IMG/VR virus record: IMGVR_UViG_2531839666_000012
Source: a virus
Lineage: Duplodnaviria; Heunggongvirae; Uroviricota; Caudoviricetes
Strand: one strand, 5' to 3'
Length of the DNA: 37,013 bases
Below the pieces are notes generated by a model, which had not been told where the DNA came from, ran no database searches, and worked only from the letters and a program-made list of their open reading frames with translations. Both the position numbers and the translations under genes were made by a program. Positions 9,234 to 17,501 of this stretch are shown here, piece after piece. The stretch's first letter is position 1; each line of letters begins with the position of its first letter.

Positions 9234-9309
9234 GCATGCGCAAGGGACCATCGGTGTGTGCCGGTGGTCTTTATATTGTTGTGAGCTTCCGGATTGCGGG
9301 AGACGGGGT

Positions 9310-9526
9310 ATGTACCAGATGGAAAAAAGTCACAACAGGTGTGTCATACACCACGTCAGCGGTGGGAACGGGCTACTGGTTCCTGCAGTTGCTGGACAGG
9401 GTTTCCCCGTCTCAGTGGGCGGCAATAGGCGTGCTGGGGAGTCTGCTGTTTGGTCTGCTGACGTACCTGACGAACCTGTATTTCAAGATTAAAGAAGACC
9501 GTCGTAAGGCGGCGCGGGGAGAGTAG
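9310..9526 (+). CDS. S: Phage 21 S-type pinholin (class II holin), frame-disrupted at an A6 run as sequenced
   Basis: C-terminal 60 aa ([51 protein letters not shown]) match recalled S21; dual-start ATGs at 9310 and 9319 (MYQMEK) are in the +1 frame relative to the body and join it only if the A6 run 9323-9328 is A5; the track ORF 9236-9526 is the same body with a non-homologous N-terminal extension. Confidence 0.7.
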
Positions 9527-9529
9527 ACG

Positions 9530-10171
9530 ATGAACCATGAAGAAATGAATCAGCGCTTCAGTCGTCTGGAAAATGAAATTGCTGAACTGAATAAAAAACT
9601 GTCGGTGCTGATGCCTTCTGAAGATGCAAACAAACGCTGCGATGAGCAGTTTGCGGCGTTTTACGATGATTGCATCAAAATTGCTCGCAGGACCTTTGCG
9701 AAGATTTTGCAGGAAAAGTTTTTACCGGCCGCATTGTCAGAAAAGTACTCCATTACGGTTAAAAGTGCCGGAGAGGAAGGCAATAAGCGTTATTTTATTG
9801 CGTCTGCACCGGATAAAGACCAGGAATGGGAGTGTAACCGGCCATCCTTTGTTGTATCCGGTGATGACGGGAAAATCACCATATCAGAAAATGGAAAAGT
9901 AACACCGCCATCGCACCAGCACAGTGAGACGCTCATTGAATTTGCCATTGATTACCTGAAGAACAATAAAAAACAGGGGCTGATGAAGCGCATTGGTCGC
10001 TGCATGGGATATCTGCAGCTGGCGGCAGAGATTGAAGCACTTGCCAGTGGTGCAGACAGGGATGCTGCGGTGCGGGAGGGTCTTCTTTGTGATTTCAATA
10101 CGCCACCCTTTAAGAAAGAGCCTGATGGCTGGATCCAGCCGGGGCTGACTTATCTCAAATGGCGCATATAG
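9530..10171 (+). CDS. Hypothetical protein (213 aa) inserted between holin and endolysin
   Basis: SD GGGAG upstream of ATG 9530; predicted N-terminal coiled coil; lower GC than flanking lysis genes; no family recognised. Confidence 0.6.
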   Translation: MNHEEMNQRFSRLENEIAELNKKLSVLMPSEDANKRCDEQFAAFYDDCIKIARRTFAKILQEKFLPAALSEKYSITVKSAGEEGNKRYFIASAPDKDQEWECNRPSFVVSGDDGKITISENGKVTPPSHQHSETLIEFAIDYLKNNKKQGLMKRIGRCMGYLQLAAEIEALASGADRDAAVREGLLCDFNTPPFKKEPDGWIQPGLTYLKWRI

Positions 10172-10198
10172 TAAAAGAGAAAACAATTGAGGTGAAAA

Positions 10199-10426
10199 AT
10201 GAAAAAATACGATATGACAGTTAAATCATTCCACATGGGGGATAAAAATGTTGTCGTTGTCCTTGGTATATATAATTATCAGGTTCCATCAATGCTGTTG
10301 TTCAATATTGAAATAGATATTGAACGACGGGAAGATGCTACCATTCCGTTTTATGAGGCGCTGGCTTTAAAAAAAGCAGCCTCGCTAATTCATGAAATTT
10401 CTGATGATTTAGCAGTGGCTGCTTAG
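10199..10426 (+). CDS. Hypothetical protein (75 aa)
   Basis: SD GAGGTG 6 nt upstream of ATG 10199; AT-rich; no family recognised. Confidence 0.5.
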   Translation: MKKYDMTVKSFHMGDKNVVVVLGIYNYQVPSMLLFNIEIDIERREDATIPFYEALALKKAASLIHEISDDLAVAA

Positions 10427-10430
10427 ATTT

Positions 10431-10718
10431 TTATTTCAAAAATGGCTCAGGACTGGTATTGCCAAACATGGGTCTTACCGGTGGTTGCATGAGGGTATTG
10501 ATGGCGACTTTAATCTCTGGTTTACCTGAGGTTGTGATTTTGCTCAGTTCGCTATGTAACCTGGTTTTAAGCTCATCACTGAATTTCTTGTCTCCACTTT
10601 GCTGATCCAGAATGTCAACGATGTTGTAGAACAGGAAATTGGCTGCGGTATTTATAGCTATGTTTTCGCGCTGAAGCCCCTGAATTAGTTGAAAAAGTTC
10701 ATGGTTTGATATTTCCAT
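10431..10718 (-). CDS. Hypothetical protein (95 aa), convergent with the two preceding genes
   Basis: Minus-strand ATG at 10718 with SD AAGGAG 7 nt upstream (plus-strand CTCCTT at 10725-10730); track ORF extends to 10781 but has no RBS there. Confidence 0.5.
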   Translation of the reverse strand: MEISNHELFQLIQGLQRENIAINTAANFLFYNIVDILDQQSGDKKFSDELKTRLHSELSKITTSGKPEIKVAINTLMQPPVRPMFGNTSPEPFLK

Positions 10719-10842
10719 TAAGTTCTCCTTATTGAGGTTATCAGCCATCCCTCTTTTGTTACATGTGCCAGTGCCCACCACTGGCAGGCTGAAGACTTAA
10801 CATATCCAGGGATTCGGAACCGATAAATCCTGATAAATATCC

Positions 10843-11376
10843 ATGAACACCAAAATCAAATACGGCCTGTCGGCTGCCGTTCTGGCGCTGATTGCCGCAG
10901 GTGCGCCTGCGCCTGAAATCCTCGACCAGTTTCTTGACGAAAAAGAAGGTAACCACACCACGGCATACCGTGATGGTGCGGGTATCTGGACCATCTGCCG
11001 AGGTGCCACCCGGGTGGATGGTAAGCCTGTGATTCCTGGCATGACGCTGTCGAAGGGGAAATGCGACCAGGTTAACGCCATTGAGCGTGATAAAGCGCTG
11101 GCATGGGTGGAGAAAAACATCAGAGTGCCACTGACCGAACCCCAGAAAGCGGGGATCGCGTCATTCTGTCCTTACAACATTGGCCCCGGTAAGTGTTTCC
11201 CGTCGACGTTTTATAAACGAATTAATGCAGGCGATCGCAGGGGAGCGTGTGAAGCGATTCGCTGGTGGATTAAGGACGGTGGCAGAGACTGCCGTATCCG
11301 CTCAAATAATTGTTATGGTCAGGTATCCCGTCGTGACCAGGAGAGCGCGCTGGCGTGCTGGGGTATCGACAGATAA
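10843..11376 (+). CDS. R: SAR endolysin (T4-lysozyme-type muramidase, phage 21 R-like)
   Basis: N-terminal signal-anchor-release segment KYGLSAAVLALIAAGAPAP, then catalytic-region motif EGNHTTAYRDGAGIWTICRGAT. Confidence 0.85.
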   Translation: MNTKIKYGLSAAVLALIAAGAPAPEILDQFLDEKEGNHTTAYRDGAGIWTICRGATRVDGKPVIPGMTLSKGKCDQVNAIERDKALAWVEKNIRVPLTEPQKAGIASFCPYNIGPGKCFPSTFYKRINAGDRRGACEAIRWWIKDGGRDCRIRSNNCYGQVSRRDQESALACWGIDR

Positions 11377-11465
11377 GCAGAATATTTTGCTGAAAAATGA
11401 CGTTGACTAACGCGGACGGATAACACGAAATCCTGCGAACTGGCAAAACCTAAGTGAATAAAAGT

Positions 11466-11500
11466 AAAAACCCCGTTTGTTGGCAGCAAGCGGGGTTTTG
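11466..11500. terminator. Bidirectional rho-independent terminator
   Basis: Stem CCCCGtttg/caagCGGGG flanked by an A5 run upstream and T4 downstream. Confidence 0.45.
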
Positions 11501-11731
11501 TGTTTCTGACCTTGGATAAGGCAAGGGAGAACATGGAAAAGTATAAACGAATTCTGTTGAGGTTGACTATGAAAAACGGCCTTGAACTGAAAGCGCCAGA
11601 GTAACTGATGACATCAGCAGAGCGCTGGCTTTTGCTATTAAGTGGGTGGCGGTTGGTATCGCTGTGTCTCCGATACTGTATGGGCTGGCAAAACTGGTCA
11701 TTGCGTTGAAATCGTGAAGGGAGGATTAAGC

Positions 11732-11863
11732 ATGTCAGACAAACTCATAATGCTGGCGAAGATCCTCTGTGTAATCGTCGGCATTTCATTTTCACTAATG
11801 CTGGTTGCTATTTGCTTTTCCACTGCCTGGCGCGTCTTAACTCTGTCAGGGCTGGTGGGGTGA
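11732..11863 (+). CDS. Hypothetical small membrane peptide (43 aa)
   Basis: ATG 11732 preceded by GGGAGGA; single predicted TM helix ILCVIVGISFSLMLVAICF; ends 8 nt before the methyltransferase start. Confidence 0.35.
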   Translation: MSDKLIMLAKILCVIVGISFSLMLVAICFSTAWRVLTLSGLVG

Positions 11864-11870
11864 CAGAAAC

Positions 11871-12806
11871 ATGAAATGTGTACTGTATTCCGGTGACTGT
11901 CTTGATGTTATGCCTTCATTACTACCGGGAAGTGTTGACCTGGTTTTATGTGACCCGCCGTATGGAACCATTAAAGGGCTTACACTCCGTACATGGGATA
12001 AGAGTACGACAGCATGGGACGATGCCTTAAATCCTGAAGATATTTTCACACAGTGCGAACGACTGCTGAGGGTGGGCGGTGTGCTGGTCATGTTCAGCCA
12101 GGAGCCGCATACAAGCACGATGATTACTCTGGCGGATAAAAACCTGCCGTTTTTATATCGTATGGTGTGGAAGAAGGAGCATTTCCCCAACCCGCTTTCA
12201 GTAAAAAAAGCACCTGTATCTTTATTCGAGGATATCGTTGTTTTCCGGAAAAAATATGACAGTGAGAAAAACCACCCGCTGAGGGAGTACGCCCGAAATA
12301 TCCTTTCTTTCATTGGCCACAGGACAGACAAGGAAGTTAACAAAACACTGGGGCACCGTCGGGCAGAGCATTTTTTTTGCGTGAACACACTCCAGTTTTC
12401 CCTCTGCTCACAGGATACGTATAACGAGTTAATTAAACGCTTTGGTATCGACCGTATGCCGGGTTTCATGACATATGAAGAAATGCGCAAAGTGAATTCC
12501 GGTTACGGCACTGTGGTTTTTAATCTCCCTCAGGGGAAAAAATACCGCGCAAATATTCTGGAGTACGCGCGGGAGCGGGAGCGATGGCATCCGACCCAGA
12601 AGCCAGTTGCATTACTGGAAGAGCTGATTCAGACGTACAGCAACCCTGGCGACAGGGTACTGGATTTTACTATGGGGAGTGGTTCAACAGGTGTTGCATG
12701 TATCCGGACGGGGAGACGGTTTACCGGAATAGAAAAGGATGACCGGTATTTCGCTGTTGCAAAAAAACGTCTGGAAAAAGAAAACAGTGAAATGGTGGTG
12801 ATATGA
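11871..12806 (+). CDS. DNA methyltransferase, N6_N4_Mtase (beta-class) family, inserted between R and Rz
   Basis: Motif [10 protein letters not shown] near the N-terminus and motif [10 protein letters not shown] near the C-terminus. Confidence 0.8.
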   Translation: MKCVLYSGDCLDVMPSLLPGSVDLVLCDPPYGTIKGLTLRTWDKSTTAWDDALNPEDIFTQCERLLRVGGVLVMFSQEPHTSTMITLADKNLPFLYRMVWKKEHFPNPLSVKKAPVSLFEDIVVFRKKYDSEKNHPLREYARNILSFIGHRTDKEVNKTLGHRRAEHFFCVNTLQFSLCSQDTYNELIKRFGIDRMPGFMTYEEMRKVNSGYGTVVFNLPQGKKYRANILEYARERERWHPTQKPVALLEELIQTYSNPGDRVLDFTMGSGSTGVACIRTGRRFTGIEKDDRYFAVAKKRLEKENSEMVVI

Positions 12807-13270
12807 ACCGTGTTCTGTGTGTGGTGATTATTGTCCTGCTGGTGGCCTGTGGTGCGCTTAGTCTGGGGCTGAATCATTACCGCGATAACGCCATCACCTA
12901 CAAAGCGCAGCGCGATAAAAAAGCCAGAGAGCTGGAGCTGGCAAACGCAACCATTACTGATATGCAGGTGCGCCAGCGCGATGTTGCTGCGCTCGATGCA
13001 AAATACTCGAGGGAATTAGCCGATGCGAGAGCTGAAAATGAAACTCTGCGTGCTGATGTTGCCGCTGGTCGTAAGCGCCTGCGGGTTAAAGCCACCTGTC
13101 CAGGCTCCGTGCGTGAAGCCCCCACCACCTCCGGCGTGGATAATGCAACCGGCCCCCGACTGGCAGACACCGCTGAACGGGATTATTTCATCCTCAGAGA
13201 ACGGTTGATGACAATGCAGAAGCAGCTGGAAGGGGCGCAGGAATATATCCGCACTCAGTGTATTAGCTAG
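12803..13270 (+). CDS. Rz: Rz inner-membrane spanin (i-spanin)
   Basis: Closely matches recalled lambda Rz ([16 protein letters not shown]..., [40 protein letters not shown]); N-terminal TM helix. Confidence 0.9.
   Translation: MNRVLCVVIIVLLVACGALSLGLNHYRDNAITYKAQRDKKARELELANATITDMQVRQRDVAALDAKYSRELADARAENETLRADVAAGRKRLRVKATCPGSVREAPTTSGVDNATGPRLADTAERDYFILRERLMTMQKQLEGAQEYIRTQCIS
13038..13208 (+). CDS. Rz1: Rz1 outer-membrane lipoprotein spanin (o-spanin), embedded in Rz in the +1 frame
   Basis: [15 protein letters not shown] lipobox signal then proline-rich [27 protein letters not shown], matching recalled lambda Rz1. Confidence 0.8.
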   Translation: MKLCVLMLPLVVSACGLKPPVQAPCVKPPPPPAWIMQPAPDWQTPLNGIISSSENG

Positions 13271-13293
13271 TATTTTTGTTATCCGGAGAATGC

Positions 13294-13518
13294 ATGAAGA
13301 AATTACTGGTAACCGTAAAGTCTTTTCAGGGAACAATTCCGTTCCGTATTTTGCAGTGTGGTCGTGTTCTTGTTGAAGGTTCGTTCAGTGGTAAATGTAC
13401 GCAATTACACTCCCGGACCTTTCAGGTGAATGCCACGAATGAAGAGCTAACCGTTGAGTGTACGATGAATGCCGCTAAATGCCGCATGGTATCCGCTGCA
13501 TTACAGCCAGTGTGTTGA
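13294..13518 (+). CDS. Hypothetical protein (74 aa)
   Basis: ATG 13294 (MKKLLVTVKSF...) with GGAG upstream; no family recognised. Confidence 0.4.
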   Translation: MKKLLVTVKSFQGTIPFRILQCGRVLVEGSFSGKCTQLHSRTFQVNATNEELTVECTMNAAKCRMVSAALQPVC

Positions 13519-13856
13519 GCGACCTTATTATCCATGCGCGGTATTGTCGCCGTATTCCTGCATTAACAGAGACCGCAGCCCGACCGGGAGACTCCTCTGC
13601 GCGAGTGTGCGGGGATAATCAAAAACGATACACACCGGGGTTTACCGCGTTAACGGAGCGCGGCGTTGTCCCCTCATGGTCGCTGGTCCGGTGCGATGGT
13701 GGAAGAAACCGGACGATGTGTTACCTCGCAAGCTCTGTTATGTCATGTGTCTGATTTGTGATTTAAGTCGGATAATTGTCGTTGCCATTAAGCAGAGGAT
13801 TGATGACCGACAGGGTGGCATTGTTAGAATAAGACTTATTCTTATCTGTGCCGGGA

Positions 13857-14189
13857 ATGAAAATGAAAAGAAATCTTCCGTTAATTATTTTGTTGTCTTC
13901 TCTGGTTATGGGCTGTACGCAACATAAAACAGATATGCCCCGACAGTTGGTTAAGGCATTACCACAATATCCGGCCTATGCAGCGGCAAATTATATAAAG
14001 GGACGGGTTGATGTGAAGTTTGATATTGGTGCTGATGGTACTGTCACCCGAATTGAGTTTATCCGTTCAGAGCCGCACCATCTGTTTGATGAGCAGGTTG
14101 TAAAAGCGATGGCAAAATGGCGATTTGAGAAGGACAGGCCGCGTAAAGGCGTGAAGAAAACGTTTATCTTTAGTCCTTCTGCACCCTGA
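13857..14189 (+). CDS. Putative lipoprotein with TonB C-terminal-like domain
   Basis: Signal peptide with lipobox LVMGC; C-terminal region resembles the TonB_C fold (VDVKFDIGADGTVTRIEF...HHLFDEQVVKAMAKWRF); start could be 13848, 13857 or 13863. Confidence 0.5.
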   Translation: MKMKRNLPLIILLSSLVMGCTQHKTDMPRQLVKALPQYPAYAAANYIKGRVDVKFDIGADGTVTRIEFIRSEPHHLFDEQVVKAMAKWRFEKDRPRKGVKKTFIFSPSAP

Positions 14190-14320
14190 TTATTTCATCA
14201 GAAATTAATTATCACTCTGTTGTTATTCTGTACATCCCGGCTGGGTAAGTCTTGTTCCGCCGGGTATGAAGATGAAATATTGTTGGAGGACAGTGGGTAC
14301 CTGCTCCTGTAACCGAACGT

Positions 14321-14521
14321 TCATTTCTCGTTATTTGTCATGCTGGCCGGGCGCAGGTGCGTTGCATCTGTTGCCAGCCTTCTCCGGCAGGCTTCAATAA
14401 CCCACGCTGAAAAGTTACCGGACCCTTTATGCTCAAGGGCGATGTTGATCTGTTCAATCATGTGATTGGGGAAACGGATATTGCGGGTTGTGGTTCTGCG
14501 GGTCCGGTTTTTCGATGACAT
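14321..14521 (-). CDS. YlcI/YnfO-family (DUF3950) small prophage protein
   Basis: MSSKNRTRRTTTRNIRFPN..IEQINIALE.KGSGNFSAWVIEACRRRL matches recalled DLP12 YlcI / Qin YnfO; minus-strand SD AAGGAA. Confidence 0.6.
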   Translation of the reverse strand: MSSKNRTRRTTTRNIRFPNHMIEQINIALEHKGSGNFSAWVIEACRRRLATDATHLRPASMTNNEK

Positions 14522-14562
14522 ATTTATTTCCTTTACTGATTGCCTTATGACGGGGATTTTAC

Positions 14563-14928
14563 ATGGCTGAGCTTCGTACACTCCAGAGCAGAATCAAAAC
14601 ACTGAATACCCGACGGGTGAATATTCTGAAGGGTGAACAGCGTCGTGTCAGTGGCAGTGCACGTGTTTCCCTCAAGCGTCATATCTGGCTCAGGGATGCC
14701 GGGCAGTGCTGTCTCTGTGGTCGTGTGGTTGACCTCTGTGACAGTGAACTCGATCACCGAATTGCACTTCAGTTCGGTGGTGGTAATGAGGAGACGAATC
14801 TCTGGACGCTCTGTACCGAATGCCATCGACAAAAGTCTGCTCGTGAAGCGGCGGGTGGTATGCCGGACCCGACACTGCCGGAGGTGTCCGGAGGTAGTGG
14901 CAGAGCGGACGACATCATCGGACTGTAA
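14563..14928 (+). CDS. HNH endonuclease (packaging-associated)
   Basis: CxxC...DHRIALQFGG..NLWTLCTECH zinc-finger HNH signature; sits directly upstream of the cos region and terminase, as in HK97-like cos phages. Confidence 0.8.
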   Translation: MAELRTLQSRIKTLNTRRVNILKGEQRRVSGSARVSLKRHIWLRDAGQCCLCGRVVDLCDSELDHRIALQFGGGNEETNLWTLCTECHRQKSAREAAGGMPDPTLPEVSGGSGRADDIIGL

Positions 14929-15218
14929 CCCGACCCGGGGGGGGTATCATCCGGCGTAAAAAACGATCGCTCCGGACACCGCGCCCCCTCTCACGCAGAG
15001 AAAAAATTCCCGTTTCAGGTCAGTTAACATGTTAACTGGCTGCACGGGCATTTTTGCAGTTTTTATCTTTATTATTCAGTTTGTTGCGCGGAAAAAATGT
15101 TAACAGGCTTTTTCAGCAAATGTTAACCAGGCAGCAGTTAACATTTGCGGCATGAGACGCCGGGAAAAATGGGCTGAACCATACCCGGCTGAGTGCATTC
15201 TGGACCCTGGAGGAGGCT
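14929..15218. promoter_or_regulatory. Candidate cos / terminase-binding region
   Basis: G8 run at 14937-14944 followed by four GTTAAC-containing repeats (CAGTTAACATGTTAACTGG, AATGTTAACAGG, AATGTTAACCAGG, CAGTTAACATTTG) between HNH and terS. Confidence 0.35.
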
Positions 15219-15755
15219 GTGCTGACAACGCAAAAACGAAAATTTGCGCTGGCGCTCATGTCCGGGAAAAACAAAACAGCGTCAGCCATTGCCGCCGGTT
15301 ATTCGGCGAAGACAGCCAGGGTTAAAGGCTCGCAGCTGGCAAAAGATCCGGAGGTGCTCGCGTTTATAGCCCGTAAGCAGTGCGAGACGGTAGAGGTGGA
15401 TGAGGTTCCTGTTTACCGGCAGAAAAAATCAGAGCAGGAGGATAAACCCCGTCGCCGTGAGGCGGCTGCAATACCACAGCCGGACGAAACAAATCCGGAG
15501 ATGCCACTGCCCGTGGTGATATCTCCTGGTATTGAGTATATGGATGACGGTCTTCCCGATCCGGTGAAAGCGATGGGGCGTCTTCTGGTGGAGAACATTA
15601 ATACCGACCCCAGGCTGGCGCTGGATGTGGCTTATAAGCTGGCACAGTTCACGCACCACAAAAAAGGGGATGCCGGTAAAAAATCGGCAAAAGGTGACGC
15701 GGCGAAAAAAGCGGCTAACCGTTTTGCGGTGCCACCACCCCCCGACTGGTGGTGA
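15219..15755 (+). CDS. Terminase small subunit
   Basis: GTG 15219 with SD AGGAGG 8 nt upstream; N-terminal region resembles P27-family TerS; directly precedes terL. Confidence 0.65.
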   Translation: MLTTQKRKFALALMSGKNKTASAIAAGYSAKTARVKGSQLAKDPEVLAFIARKQCETVEVDEVPVYRQKKSEQEDKPRRREAAAIPQPDETNPEMPLPVVISPGIEYMDDGLPDPVKAMGRLLVENINTDPRLALDVAYKLAQFTHHKKGDAGKKSAKGDAAKKAANRFAVPPPPDWW

Positions 15756-15777
15756 ATAATGATAATGAGGGCAGCGG

Positions 15778-16083
15778 ATGATACCTGTGTGGAGCACGGC
15801 CTGCCCGGACTGGGCAGAGCGCCTGAAAAAGGGGCTGTCGATTATTCCGGCTCCGATTTACCCGGACCAGGCCGCACATGCCCTGGCGATTTTTAAACAA
15901 CTGCGGATTGTGGATGCACCGGGCAGCCCGACGTTCGGGGAGTCCTGTGCACCGTGGGTGTTTGATCTGGTGGCTGCCCTGTTTGGCTCCTACGATGCGC
16001 AGACCGGTGTACGCCATATAAAGGAAGTGTTCATTCTGATACCCAAAAAAACAGCAAGTCCACGCTGGCTGCCGGGATCATGA
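15778..16083 (+). CDS. Terminase large subunit, N-terminal segment (frame broken at an A7 run)
   Basis: Ends ...ILIPKKTASPRWLPGS*; the -1 frame across the A7 run at 16045-16051 reads the Walker A P-loop NSKSTLAAGIMM... and continues into the next ORF. Confidence 0.8.
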   Translation: MIPVWSTACPDWAERLKKGLSIIPAPIYPDQAAHALAIFKQLRIVDAPGSPTFGESCAPWVFDLVAALFGSYDAQTGVRHIKEVFILIPKKTASPRWLPGS

Positions 16084-17438
16084 TGACGGCGCTGTTACTG
16101 AACTGGCGGCAGGCGGCGGGCTACACCATTCTGGCCCCGACCGTGGAGGTGGCGGCTAATGCCTTCAATCCTGCCAGGGATATGGTACGACGGGACGATG
16201 ATCTGGATGACCTCTGTCAGGTGCAGACACATATCCGGACCATCACCCATCGGGTGACGGACACCACCCTGAAGGTGGTGGCAGCCGATCCGAATACGGT
16301 GTCCGGTATCAAGTCCGTGGGGACACTGATTGATGAACTGTGGCTGTTTGGCAAGCAGTACAAAGCGGAGGACATGTTACGTGAAGCCATAGGTGGCCTT
16401 GCCTCCCGCCCGGAAGGGTTTGTGGTGTATACGACCACCCAGTCGAATGAACCGCCCGCCGGGGTGTTCAGACAGAAACTGCAGTACGCCCGGGATGTGC
16501 GCGACGGCAAAATTCATGATCCGCACTTTCTGCCGGTGATATTTGAGCATCCGCCGGAGATGGTGGAGCGCGGTGAGCACCTGCTGATGGAAAACCTCGC
16601 CATGGTCAATCCGAATCTCGGTTATTCGGTGGATGAGGCTTTTCTGTACCGGGAGTACCGTAAAGCCCGGGAGGCTGGTGAGGAAGCATTTCGTGGCTTC
16701 ATGTCAAAACATGCCAATGTGGAAATTGGTCTTGCCCTGCGTTCTGACCGCTGGACGGGTGCGGATTTCTGGGAGCAGCAGGGCAGGCGCGTCAGCCTGG
16801 ACGATATCCTGCAGCGCGCTGATGTGGTGACGGTGGGGATTGACGGCGGGGGCCTGGATGATCTGCTGGGAATGTACGTGATTGGCCGTGACAGGGAAAC
16901 CCGCGAATGGCTGGGCTGGGGCCATGCCTGGGCGCATGAAACCGCGGTGGTCAGACGGAAGAGTGAGGCATCCCGGTTTCAGGATTTTGTGGCCTGTGGA
17001 GACATGACGATTGTCCGTCGGGTCGGGGATGACACGGCGGAAGTGGCGGAGTATGTGCGTCGTATTCATGAGGCTGAGTTACTGGAGCATATCGGTATTG
17101 ACCCGTCAGGTGTGGGGCAGATTCTGGATTCACTGGTGGAAGCCGGGATCCCCGACGGAATTGTTGTGGGGATAAGCCAGGGCTGGAAGCTGGGCGGGGC
17201 CATAAAAACCACCGAGCGCAAACTGGCTGAGGGAGTACTGGTGCATGGTGGTCAGCCACTGATGGCCTGGTGCGTTGGCAATGCCCGGGTGGAGCCGAAA
17301 GGTAACGCCATCCTTATTACCAAACAGGCCAGCGGACGGGGGAAAATTGACCCGCTGATGGCGCTCTTCAATGCGGTATCCCTGATGTCCCTGAATCCGG
17401 AGCCGAAAAAGAAAGAATATGCGGTTTTTTTCATATAA
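16080..17438 (+). CDS. Terminase large subunit, main segment (ATPase remainder plus nuclease domain)
   Basis: 452 aa continuing the upstream ORF once one A is added at 16045-16051; size and position fit a Terminase_1-type TerL. Confidence 0.8.
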   Translation: MMTALLLNWRQAAGYTILAPTVEVAANAFNPARDMVRRDDDLDDLCQVQTHIRTITHRVTDTTLKVVAADPNTVSGIKSVGTLIDELWLFGKQYKAEDMLREAIGGLASRPEGFVVYTTTQSNEPPAGVFRQKLQYARDVRDGKIHDPHFLPVIFEHPPEMVERGEHLLMENLAMVNPNLGYSVDEAFLYREYRKAREAGEEAFRGFMSKHANVEIGLALRSDRWTGADFWEQQGRRVSLDDILQRADVVTVGIDGGGLDDLLGMYVIGRDRETREWLGWGHAWAHETAVVRRKSEASRFQDFVACGDMTIVRRVGDDTAEVAEYVRRIHEAELLEHIGIDPSGVGQILDSLVEAGIPDGIVVGISQGWKLGGAIKTTERKLAEGVLVHGGQPLMAWCVGNARVEPKGNAILITKQASGRGKIDPLMALFNAVSLMSLNPEPKKKEYAVFFI

Positions 17439-17464
17439 CCCTGTTCACCCTGTAACCATCATGG

Positions 17465-17489
17465 ACCGCTGCGGCGGTTTTTTTATTTT
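17465..17489 (+). terminator. Hairpin plus T-run between terL and head genes
   Basis: Stem ACCGC/GCGGT with loop tgcg, followed by TTTTTTTATTTT. Confidence 0.35.
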
Positions 17490-17501
17490 CAGGAGGCTGA
17501 T

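Noticed and set aside
9236-9309. N-terminal 25-aa extension of the holin ORF from ATG 9236
   Set aside because: No homology to S21-type pinholins; the dual-start motif with SD is at 9310/9319 in the neighbouring frame, so the extension is most likely a by-product of a 1-nt indel in the A6 run.
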